Source of the DNA: Macrostomum lignano | Taxonomy: Eukaryota | Assembly: GCA_002269645.1 (NCBI GenBank) | Contig: NIVC01001115.1 | Span: forward strand, 373,403 to 437,402 | Reading direction: 5' to 3' | DNA length: 64,000 nt | In this document: positions 27,130 to 52,971 of the stretch, piece after piece | How the letters are laid out: each line of letters opens with the position of its first letter | Numbering within the stretch: the stretch's first letter is position 1 | Translations under genes and position numbers: made by a program | The notes under the pieces: model-generated | The model's input: the letters and a program-made list of their open reading frames with translations, nothing else | Database searches by the model: none | Told to the model about the DNA's origin: nothing

Positions 27130-29860
27130 ATGGATCCGCCGGGTGGCGCCGGGGACCATGAGGCCAACCTCCATCTGGCCCCAGCTGTACCAGGTGGCCG
27201 CCTCAGGCTCGGCACGATGAACTGCCGAACTCTGAAGGCCCCTGGCATCGCACCATCCTTGTCCAGCTGGCCCACGACCTACAGCTGGACCTCGTCTCGC
27301 TGCAGGAGGTCTCTATTATCGTGGCTGAGCCGGGGCTCCACTCTGAGGACCTCGGAGCCGGCTGGAGCCTCCTGTACACGTCGGCAGACAACCGCGGCCG
27401 GGGCGGTGTCGGCGTGCTGATCGGACCGTGCCTCCAGCAGAGCGTGCACTGCGCTTCGCTGTCCCCGCGACTGATGCGGGTCGACCTGCGACTGCGCGCC
27501 CGCTGCATCCGGCTGTTCTGCGCGTATGCATCCACCGCTGCTCACCCCGAGGAGGCTCGTGCCTTCTTCGACTTCCTGGCTGGTAAGCTGGAAGAGGTGC
27601 CAAACCGCGAGACGCTGGCAGTGCTCGGAGACCTGAACGCAGTCCCGCGGAGGTCCGAGCGCTCGCCCTTTGTCGCGGGACGCGAGAACGCCAATACCGA
27701 TGCGCTGGAGGACCTGCTTGACCGGCTGGATCTGGTGTCCGCAAACACCCAGTTCCGCAAGCCCCCTGCCCGCCTGGTCACCTTTGCGGGCTGCAAGAGA
27801 AGGCGGCGGAACGCACGCGGGAGGAATGCCACGAGGAGACTGGCGCAACTCGATCATGCGCTGGTTCGCACTCGCGAGCGCCGCCGCGTCACCAACTGCG
27901 ACACCATCGCTCCACTGGCTCTCCGGTCAGACCACCGACTCCTGATCTGCGACTTGCGGCTCCGCGACCAGCTCTACCGACCGCCAAAGCAGCGGCCACG
28001 GCGCTACTATCGCGCACTGTTGGACACCCGCGTGAAGTGTCAATTCGCGGGTGCCTTCGTCGGCGCGCTTGGAGACCAGCGCGAGGCGGAGTATTCCGTC
28101 TTCAGCACCGCCGTTAGAGCCGCTGCAGAGCAGACGGTCCCACTGATGCGGCCAGCGCAGAAATCGCTGCCTGTCTGGCAGAGCGACCCCATCATCAGGC
28201 AGGCGCGGCTCAACATCGAGCGACTCCGCAGAAACCGGAGGCCCACAGGCAAAGCTGAAGACGCATTTGAGCGCCTTCTTGACGAGCGGCAGCAGGCCGC
28301 TGTCGACGACGCCATTAGGTCCATCACTGCAGCCGGCCACGACGTGAAGAGCCGCGCAGTGTGGACGGCCGTCCAGACTCTGACGGGGCGCAAAAAGCGC
28401 GTGGCGCTGAACCTGGCCGGCGACACCCGGCCACACATGGATTGCGCGACTTCTTCGCCGGCATCGTGAACGCTCCCGCGTCGCCGCTGCCCGCCAGCTT
28501 TGTGCTCCCTCTGGACACGCCGCTCCCAGCTAAGAAGGACTTCTGCACCAGACCAGTCTCCACGGAGGACGTTGTGCTGTTCGCTCGGAAAACATCAGGC
28601 GGCAAGGCGCTCGGCCCCGACGAAGTCCCGGTCGAAGCGCTGCGGCTCCGCTGTGTGGCCTCCCAGGTCACAGGCGTCATGAACCGCGTGCTCGCCGGCG
28701 CTCCTGCGCCTACCGAGTGGACCGTCGCGCACATCGTGCCGATCCCGAAGAAGGCAGGGACAACGCGGAAGGAAGACCACCGCGGGATCTCGCTGATGTC
28801 CTGCACCGCGAAGCTCTTCAACCGGCTGCTGCTCGATCGTCTGCAGTCGGTGCTGGACCCGTACCTGCAGTACGAGCAGAACGGATTCCGGCCGCAACGC
28901 GGTACAGTGACACAGATTCTTGCACTCCGCCGGGTCATCGCGGAGGCGCGCATCCGCCAGTCTACGCTTGATCATTGTCTTCGTTGACTTTCGAAAGGCG
29001 TTTGACTCGGTGTTGAGAGCCGCGCTTCCCTTTGTCCTTCGAGCCTACCGGGTACCCCAGCAGCTAATCGACGCTGTCATGGCGCTGTATTGCGATACTC
29101 GAGCTGCTGTGGTGACGGCGGACGGCCTGTCTGACCTGTTCGATACTTCATCAGGAGTTCTGCAGGGCGACACGCTAGCGCCGTTCCTCTTCGTGCTGCT
29201 GCTGGACTGGGTGCTTCGGACCGCACTCCCCTCGGCTAATGACGGCTTTCTGCTGCGCAGACGCATCGGTCGCCGCCACGGCGAAAAGCGCCTAAGCGTG
29301 CTTGGCTACGCCGACGACCTCGCCCTCCTGTACTCGTCCGTTGAAGGCGCCCAGCGCCAGATCGACAGGCTGGTCGAGGTGGCACTGAGCGTCGGTCTGA
29401 TCGTCAACACGCTGAAGACCGAGGTGCTGACTGTGCCGGCCGACATCCCAGCGGACCTGACGTGCCGCGGCGCAGACGGGCAGACGACCAGGCTCGCACG
29501 CTGCCAGTGGTTCACCTACCTCGGCGGTCTGGTGCCCCACGTGGAAGAGGACCTCCGACGGCGCAGAGGACTTGCCTGGGCGGCCTTTCGTTCGATCCGA
29601 GCCGTCCTCCAGTCCGAAGCGCTGCCCGACCGCCAGAGGGCTCGGCTGTGGCAGGCGGTGGTCGAAACCGTCCTGCTCTACAACGCCGAGACGTGGACGC
29701 TGACGGCTACGCTGGAGCGGCAGCTGGACTCGGCGCACTCAGGGCTGCTCCGTGCGGCCTTTCGAGCTAACGAGAGCGTCGGGACCGAGACCCTGTACGA
29801 TCGGGCCAAGCTGCAGCACCCGTCCACCATCCTGCGCCGGCGGCGACTTCAACTGGCGGG
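27130..29860 (+). mobile_element. RTE-like non-LTR retrotransposon (APE endonuclease + RT), frameshifted and 3'-truncated
   Basis: APE motifs: GTMNCRTL, LQE, GDLNA, LDHALV, SDHR. RT motifs: PIPKK, RGISL, QNGFRPQR, FVDFRKAFDSV, GVLQGDTLAPFLF, YADD, FTYLG. Three frameshifts at about 27245, 28430 and 28975. It stops at RRRRLQLAG with no tail or TSD seen. Confidence 0.92.
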
Positions 29861-31676
29861 CCTGCAGATAACAAAAATAATTAATCATCTTTTACTAAAT
29901 CTTACTACAAGCGTAAATTATTGCTAAGTCTGGAATTGCCTATTTGAATCCCTCTACTACTGAAAATAGAGTATCTTTGCGTGCTACTAACCGCAGTAGA
30001 AAAACTCGAGTATAACTCCTAAATTTCCGCGACACTTATTAAATTAAACAATTCTTCCGTCTCACCTAGTAAACTCTTCCGTCTTCCGACATACCTGATT
30101 GGCTGCTATACATTGTAACTTGGAAGAAGTGGGGCGATTTAACTAGGAAGAGGCGATCGCATTTTTTAGGCGGCTCCGTGCGCGTGGCTGCATTCGGTTT
30201 GGATTCTGACACGACAGCTTACCCTATATACACGATTCACACCTGACACCCGTGAGGAGTGAGGGCCAACGCCCTAAGGCACAGAGACAGTGTACATGTA
30301 TGACGATTAGAAAGTCAGGGATGCTGTACACACTGTGTGAGCGAGTGCAGTGTATGAGTGCACGCTTGTATTTGCTCAGGATCGAGTCAGCGGAATGGGC
30401 AGAATTGCCTCAGCGCTGCATGGTTGGTGTGGTGGGACGGATGTCGCCGGAGGCATTGCACCAGGGTGCCCGCGCAGCCCTCCTGCAAATTATGCATTTT
30501 TGCATTAGCTGTTTTCATACAGTATATATAGTATCGGTTTCCATGTTTCTCCGGAATAAATAGGTTCAAATTGCCAACAGTAATTATCGGAGGCGAAAAT
30601 GAGAGATAATATAGAAGTGGGGAACCTATAAATTAGCTTCTGATTGAGAAACAGCAAGTAAAAGCGTCACAAGCCATGCAGCTTTTGTCTAACTGCGATG
30701 GCATAGCTGTGATTAAAGGCTGAAATTAGTGGCCTTTTTAGAGTTGAGCTGACGATGAGGGGGGAGGAGAAGAGGCCAAGCTTCTCAGCCTCTTCTCCTT
30801 CCGCCCCCCGCCGCCTATCTTTCAAGAAGAATCTTCGAGCTCACGAAGGCATCTCAGCCAGAGTAGCAATTGCAGAGTGGCCGGGGAACGGGCGAAGGAA
30901 CAGCAAATTCGAAATGAAATCAGAGAAGCCGGTGCAGCGGGCTGTCGGCCCCTCTGTAAGCAGCTCGTCAGCTCGATCCCCTGTTAATTTTCAATTTCTA
31001 CGATCGCCACTGGCAATATGGCCATGGACCCTTAGCTATAAAGATACCTGGACTGAAGCCTGCTTTGCTATCGCCTTTAAATGTTGGTGTAAGCAGTCCA
31101 ATTCAGTAATTGCGAACTAACCCTAGCCAAGTAGGCTTAACTTGTTAAAATTTACTACTTTGTACTTTGAACTTTGACTCATACATTTAGGGATTGCGAG
31201 TTAATCTTAAGCTAAACGAGTTTTTCAAAAGTACATCGAATTGCACTGTTTTCAAATTGGTCTCTAGTCCATGAGTCCAGAAGTCCTTGCCCGAACGATG
31301 CCCCTCTAATTCAGATGCCGAATGAAACGATTGACAAACAATCGTTTAACTTCTTAGGAGATGCGGACTGGCTCAGAATGCAGGAAATTTAGCAAATCCT
31401 GACGCTCTCAGGAAAGAGAGAACGAACTAAGGGGGGGGGGGTTGGAGAATGAGTGAGCATCAAAGATTCGAAAGGCAAGGAAGAGAATTAGCAAGCGAGA
31501 GGTCCTCTGCAGTTGGGGTTGGGCAACAAGAGATGGACGCGGACTCGAATCTGTCCAATTGGCGAAGCTCAAATCCAGGACTGAGATGGCCGATTTTAAA
31601 AATCAAAAAACAGGAAATCTTCACTCGAATAATTTCCCCAAGCATTCCTAAACAATTTCTGGTTCTTGCAACTGCG

Positions 31677-45777
<14,101 letters not shown>

Positions 45778-45943
45778 AAAACCAGAGTTCGACAAATGAT
45801 TATTGTTTCGAATTTATTGTTTACGCTCGTTAGTGTGGTAAAGTCTTTGTCTTACGTAAAATTGTTTGTTAATGATTAGAAAAGATTTCTAGACTTTTCT
45901 ATTGTTCGCTTGTCTAAAGTTTCGAAAGATGGTCGAACGATGC

Positions 45944-45949
45944 AATAAA
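45944..45949 (+). terminator. Candidate polyadenylation signal of the guanylyl cyclase
   Basis: AATAAA about 170 nt after the stop codon at 45777. Confidence 0.5.
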
Positions 45950-46009
45950 TAACAATAATCTCGGGCTGATAACAAACTGATTGCGATAAAAGCAACTGGT
46001 GGAAACAGA

Positions 46010-46425
46010 TGTTAGACACATATTGGACACCAGGGTTTACCTGTTAAATACACATGTTCCACACAAGGGTTTACCTGTTAGACACACCTCTTCCACACCA
46101 GGTTTTACCTGTTAGACACACCTGTTCCACACCAGGTTTTACCTGTTAGACACACCTGTTCCACACCAGGTTTTACCTGTTAGACACGCCTGTTGGACAA
46201 CATGGTTTAGCTGTTAGATACACCTGTTCCACACCAGGGTTTACCTGTTAGACACACCTGTTCCACACCAGGGTTTACCTGTTAGACACACCTGTTCCAC
46301 ACCAGGGTTTACCTGTTAGACACACCTGTTCCACACCAGGGTTTACCTACACCTGTTCCACACCAGGTTTTACCTGTTAGACACGCCTGTTGGACAACAT
46401 GGTTTAGCTGTTAGATACACCTGTT
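46010..46425. repeat. ~31-bp minisatellite
   Basis: Unit CTGTTAGACACACCTGTTCCACACCAGGGTTTAC-like. Confidence 0.9.
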
Positions 46426-46744
46426 ATACTGGCGGTTCCACTGTAAGCCAATTGCGCTAAGGTTCTTCATGTCTGGGGTTAGATTCACTATGTTTGGGTA
46501 ATTTTACGTTTATAAATATTTTTCCTCTATGTTGACTGTTACCGCTTATGTGCGTTTCTCAGAACTGATAATTACACGATTATAACAAAGCGCCATCTAA
46601 ATCATGCTTAATACCTTCCTTTTTTATTTGCTTAACTTCATCTGGCTGTTGTTTAAAGAAGTTTTGCGCCAGGTTTATATCCGACTTATTAATGCTTTTA
46701 ACTTCGATATTGTTTTGTTGTATTCTTAAGGTCTCCATGATCAA

Positions 46745-48015
46745 TCAGAGTTACTCCGTGACCAATATGGATACTCCATGACCAATTAGGATATTCCATG
46801 ACCAATTTAAATACTCCATGACCAATTAGGATATTCCATGACCAATTTAAATACTCCATGACCAATTAGGATATTCCATGACCAATTTAAATACTCCATT
46901 ACCAATTTAGATATTCCATGACCAATTTGAATACTCCATGACACATTGGGATACTCCATGACCAATTAGGTTATTCCATGACCAATTTGAATACTCCATG
47001 ACACATTGGGATATTTCATGACCAATTTGGATATTCTATAACCAATTTGGATACTCCATGACACATTGGGATACTTCATGACCAATTAGGATATTCCATG
47101 ACCAATTTGGATACTCCATGACCAATTAGGACATTCCGTGACCAATTAGGATATTCCATGACCAATTTGGATACTCCATGACACATTGGGATACTTCATG
47201 ACCAATTAGGATATTCCATGACCAATTTGGATACTCCATGACCAATTAGGATATTCCGTGACCAATTAGGATATTCCATGACCAATTTAAATACTCCATG
47301 ACCAATTAGGATATTCCGTGACCAATTAGGATATTCCATGACCAATTTGTATACTCCATGACACATTGGGATACTTCATGACCAATTAGGATATTACGTG
47401 ACCAATTAGGATATTCCATGACCAATTTTGATACTCCATGACACATTGGGATACTCCATAACCAATTTGGATATTCCATAACCAATTCGGATACTCCATG
47501 ACCAATTAGGATATTCCGTGACCAATTAGGATATTCCATGACCAATTTGGATACTCCATGACCAATTTGGATACTCCATGACCAATTAGGATATTCCATG
47601 ACCAATTTAAATACTCCATGACCAATTTGGATATTCCGTGACCAATTAGGATATTCCATGACCAATTTGTATACTCCATGACACATTGGGATACTTCATG
47701 ACCAATTAGGATATTCCATGACCAATTTGGATACTCCATGACCATTTAGGATATTCCGTGACCAATTAGGATATTCCGTGACCAATTAGGATATTCAATG
47801 ACCAATTCGGATACTCCATGACCAATTTGGATACTCCATGACACATTGGGAGACTTCATGACCAATTAGGATATTCCATGACCAATTTGGATACTCCATG
47901 ACACATTAGGATATTCCGTGACCAATTTGGATACTCCATGAACAATTAGGATACTCCATGACACATTAGGATACTCCATGACACATTGATATACTCCATG
48001 ACACAATACTCCGTG
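46745..48015. repeat. 20-bp minisatellite
   Basis: Unit ACCAATTTGGATACTCCATG, about 63 copies. Confidence 0.96.
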
Positions 48016-48549
48016 ACCCAATCCAAATATTATATGACCAAATATAACACAGTTTTAAATACAACTTTGTCCAATCTTTGCATCGCATTCTTTTTTGCAT
48101 TTTTATATTATACTTCGCATAACCTTACTACACTACTTAAATCGGGTTATCAGTAGCTATTAATGTCTAGTTTTCGTCGTACACGAGTTGTTGCCTACGC
48201 CCGTATTTTGCTATAATAAACCTTGTCGTTAAGGATTCCGTTGCAGGCAATTGTTTGACATCGCAATGGGCTGAAGCCAAGACTTAACTACGAGTAAAAA
48301 GCTGAACACTGTAAGTTAAGACAGTAAAGCCAGTTTTCAAACCCGCTTTAATCAGTACAGTCCTTATCAGCGCTGCAGTTCGTGAAAAAAACGTTTTTTT
48401 TTGTCAGCTGAAATCATTCTTTATCACGGAGTCCAATGGAAAATTTTGGCCAACGCCTTGCTGCAGATTTCGAGAATTTTTTTGTACTTTTGATTTTTTG
48501 ACAAAATGTTAAATTCTTTGGCTGCCAGCGTGAATGTGGGAGTGAAGGA

Positions 48550-49078
48550 GACAGTGAGAGGGTGACAGTAGGAGTAGTGAGAGTGAGCGAGTGAGAGAAT
48601 GAGAGTGAGAGTGAGAGAGTGAGAGAGTGAGAGAGTGAGAGAGTGAGAGAGTGAGAGAGTGAGAGAGTGAGAGAGAGTGAGAGTGAGAGTGAGATTGAAT
48701 GAGAGTGAGAGTGAGAGAGTGAGAGAGTGAGAGAGTGAGAGAGTGAGAGAGTGAGAGAGTGAGAGAGTGAGAGAGTGAGAGAGTAAGAGAGTGAGAGAGT
48801 GAGAGAGTGAGAGAGTGAGAGAGTGAGAGAGAGGGTGAGTGAGAGAGAGGGTGAGTGAGAGAGAGCGAGTGAGAGAGAGTGAGAGAGTGAGAGAGTGAGA
48901 GAGTGAGAGAGTGAGAGAGAGTGAGAGTGAGAGTGAGATTGAATGAGAGTGAGAGTGAGAGAGTGAGAGAGTGAGAGAGTGAGAGAGTGAGAGAGTGAGA
49001 GAGTGAGAGAGTGAGAGAGTGAGAGTGAGAGTGAGAGTGAGAGAGTGAGGGAGTGAGAGTGAGAGTGAGAGTGAGATT
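48550..49078. repeat. (GAGAGTGA)-type purine microsatellite
   Basis: Reverse complement of the tract at 49545-51425. Confidence 0.95.
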
Positions 49079-49544
49079 AAGTTTCACATACTGGTAACCC
49101 CAAGAAAATTCATGCTGAAATTCTACCAAATTGGTTAACATGCAGAAATAAATCTCTATTCCTGGTTTATTAGCATAAATATCCAGCAGGCTCCACTGCC
49201 TGGGTCGAAGGAAATGCAAATGTATATCGATAATAAATTCAAAAGTGTTTGGTTAATGAGTGAATTTATTCGAAATTTATCAAACTGGTTTCGGCATGCA
49301 GTGCTCGGGGGCGGCATGAGTGACCCGCATGGCTCCCGCGAACTGCGCAGGCTGGGCAGTTGCTGCTCAGCTGCGGCTTTGGAAATGCAGAAAGGCGGGG
49401 CTGGGCTGGCGCGTTCGCTGAAGCCGGCAATTTTATGAGTAGCCAGGCCGGCATTTGTGTTTTCTCTGGCCGAGTTGAAGGCTACTGGTGTTTCGGTGTG
49501 AATGGTTAAAACTGACTTTCTTATGTCGCTTTGAAATTCGACAT

Positions 49545-51425
49545 TCGACTCTCACTCTCTCACTCGCTCACTCGCTCACTCTCTCTCACTCACCCTCTCT
49601 CTCACTCTCTCTCTCACTCTCTCACTCTCTCACTCACCCTCTCTCTCACTCTCTCTCACTCACCCTCTCTCTCTCTCACCCTCTCTCTCACTCTCTCTCA
49701 CTCACCCTCTCTCTCACTCACCCTCTCTCTCACTCACCCTCTCTCTCACTCTCTCACTCTCTCACTCTCTCACTCTCTCACTCTCTCTCACTCACCCTCT
49801 CTCTCACTCACCCTCTCTCTCACTCTCTCACTCTCTCACTTTCTTACTCTCGCACTCACCCTCTCTCTCTCACTCTCTCACTCTCTTACTCTCTCACTCT
49901 CTCACTCTCTCACTCTCTCACTCTCTTACTCTCTCACTCTCTCACTCTCTCACTCTCTCACTCTCACTCTCATTCAATCTCACTCTCACTCTCACTCTCT
50001 CTCACTCTTTCACTCTCTCACTCTCTCTCACTCACTCTCTCTCTCACTCACCCTCTCTCTCACTCACCCTCTCTCTCACTCTCTCTCTCACTCTCTTACT
50101 CTCTCACTCTCACTCTCACTCTCACTCTCTCTCACTCTCTCACTCTCTCACTCTCTCTCACTCACCCTCTCTCTCACTCTCTCACTCTCTCACTCTCTCA
50201 CTCTCTCACTCTCACTCTCATTCAATCTCACTCTCACTCTCACTCTCTCTCACTCTCTCACTCTCTCACTCTCTCACTCTCTCACTCTCTCTCACTCACT
50301 CTCTCTCACTCACCCTCTCTCTCACTCTCTCTCACTCACCCTCTCTCTCACTCACCCTCTCTCTCTCACTCTCTCACTCTCTCACTCTCTCACTCTCACT
50401 CTCTCACTCTCTCACTCTCTCACTCTCTCACTCTCTCACTCTCTCACTCGCTCACTCTCTCTCACTCTCTCTCACTCACCCTCTCTCTCTCACTCTCTCA
50501 CTCTCTCACTCTCTCACTCTCTCACTCTCATTCTCATTCAATCTCACTCTCACTCTTACTCTCTCTCACTCTCTCACTCTCTCACTCTCTCACTCTCTCA
50601 CTCTCTCTCACTCACTCTCTCTCACTCACCCTCTCTCTCACTCTCTCTCACTCACCCTCTCTCTCACTCACCCTCTCTCTCACTCTCTCACTCTCTCACT
50701 CTCTCACTCTCTCACTCTCTCACTCTCACTCTCTCTCTCACTCTCTCACTCTCTCACTCTCTCACTCTCTCACTCTCTCACTCTCTCTCACTCACCCTCT
50801 CTCTCACTCACCCTCTCTCACTCTCTCTCTCACTCACCCTCTCTCTCACTCTCTCTCACTCACCCTCTCTCTCTCTCACCCTCTATCTCACTCTCTCACT
50901 CTCTCACTCTCTCACTCTCACTCTCATTCAATCTCACTCTCACTCTCTCACTCTCTCACTCTCTCACTCTCTCTCACTCACCCTCTCTCTCACTCTCTCA
51001 CTCTCTCACTCTCTCACTCTCTCGCTCTCTCACTCTCTCACTCTCTCACTCTCTCACTCTCTCGCTCTTTCACTCTCTCACTCGCTCCCTCTCTCACTCT
51101 CTCACTCTCTCACTCTCTCACTCTCACTCTCTCACTCTCTCACTCTCTCACTCTCTCACTCTCTCAATCTCTCACTCTCTCACTCTCTCACTCTCTCACT
51201 CTCTCACTCTCACTCTCACTCTCTCACTCTCTCACTCTCTCACTCTCTCAATCTCTCACTCTCTCACTCTCTCACTCTCTCGCTCTTTCACTCTCTCACT
51301 CGCTCCCTCTCTCACTCTCACTCTCTCACTCTCTCACTCTCTCACTCTCACTCTCTCACTCTCTCACTCTCTCTCACTCACCCTCTCACTCTCTCTCAAT
51401 CTCACTCTCACTCTCTTACTATCTG
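49545..51425. repeat. (TCACTCTC)-type pyrimidine microsatellite
   Basis: About 1.9 kb, the source of the spurious 657-aa and 631-aa SL/SH ORFs. Confidence 0.96.
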
Positions 51426-51469
51426 ACTCTTACTTACTCCCAGGAAAGATTAAGCGACTAAACAGATGC

Positions 51470-52710
51470 ATCCGTGTCTAACAGATGGACCCGTGTCTAA
51501 CAGATGGATCCGTGTCTAACAGATGGACCCGTGTCTAACAGATGGATCCGTGTCTAACAGATGGACCTGTGTCTAACAGATGGACCCGTGTCTAACAGAT
51601 GGACCCGTGTCTAACGATAGACCCGTGTCTAACAGATGGACTCGTGTCTAACAGATGGACCCGTGTCTAACAGATGCATCCGTGTCTAACAGATGGACCC
51701 GTGTCTAACAGATGCATCCGTGTCTAACAGATGGACCCGTGTCTAACAGATGGACCTGTGTCTAACAGATGGACCCGTGTCTAACAGGTAGACCCGTGTC
51801 TAACAGATGGACCCGTGTCTAACAGATGGACCCGTGTCTAACAGATGGACCCGTGTCTAACAGATGCATCCGTGTCTAACAGATGGACCCGTGTCTAACA
51901 GATGGACCCGTGTCTAACAGATGGACTCGTGTCTAACAGATGGACCCGTGTCTAACAGATGGACCCGTGTCTAACAGATGGACCCGTGTCTAACAGATGG
52001 ACCTGTGTCTAACAGGTAGACCCGTGTCTAACAGATGGACCCGTGTCTAACAGATGCATCCGTGTCTAACAGATGGACCCGTGTCTAACAGATGGACCCG
52101 TGTCTAACAGATGGACCCGTGTCTAACAGATGCATCCGTGTCTAACAGAATGACCCGTGTCTAACAGATGGACCCGTGTCTAACAGATGGACCCGTGTCT
52201 AACAGATGGACCTGTGTCTAACAGATGGACCTGTGTCTAACAGATGGACCCGTGTCTAACAGGTAGACCCGTGTCTAACAGATGGACCCGTGTCTAACAG
52301 ATGGACCCGTGTCTAACAGATGGACCTGTGTCTAACAGATGGATCCGTGTCTAACAGATGGACCCGTGTCTAACAGATGGACCCGTGTCTAACAGATGGA
52401 CTCGTGTCTAACAGATGGACCCGTGTCTAACAGATGGACCCGTGTCTAACAGATGGACCCGTGTCTAACAGATGGACCTATGTCTAACAGATGGATCCGT
52501 GTCTAACAGATGGACCCGTGTCTAACAGATGCATCCGTGTCTAACAGATGGACCCGTGTCTAACAGATGGACCCGTGTCTAACAGATGGACCCGTGTCTA
52601 ACAGATGGAACCGTGTCTAACAGATGGACCTGTGTCTAACAGATGGACCCGTGTCTAACAGATAGACCCGTGTCTAACAGATAGACCCGTGTCTAACAAA
52701 TGGACCCGTG
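51470..52710. repeat. 19-bp minisatellite
   Basis: Unit GATGGACCCGTGTCTAACA, about 65 copies. Confidence 0.96.
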
Positions 52711-52971
52711 TGAGGCAACGTATGCAGAAAGCAATAAACATTAACGCCAGGTTAAAACTTTTCTGGGAGAATCTTTAGGATTGTGATTTGCTCTGCGGAA
52801 AGGTTGTTAACAAATTTGTAGAATTTAATTTCCAAAGAATAGCTCGCATTTGTTCGCTTGTAGGATACTTACTTACATTTTTGTTTTACTGTACGTAAAG
52901 TAGATTGTTTTGATAAATTCAGTTTTAACAATCAAGAAAATGTTCACATTAAGTTTTTCATTGTAACTTGA

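Noticed and set aside
27203-29770. Many overlapping antisense and off-frame ORFs over the LINE
   Set aside because: Expected by-product of GC-rich coding sequence; none has recognisable motifs.
30220-31120. Short ORFs upstream of the cyclase, and the 31449 ATG as its start
   Set aside because: No motifs were seen. The signal peptide follows ATG 31677, so the upstream in-frame part is more likely UTR.
48249-48312. AG/GT-bounded 64-nt segment as a coding exon
   Set aside because: Stops in all three frames; at most a non-coding exon, without support.
49488-51461. 657-aa and 631-aa ORFs, plus the similar SVCL, RQTD, SFTI, CQSL, LDSG, SSLETG and AWSYSST ORFs elsewhere
   Set aside because: These are translations of stop-free micro- or minisatellites lying in introns or intergenic DNA, with no coding signal.
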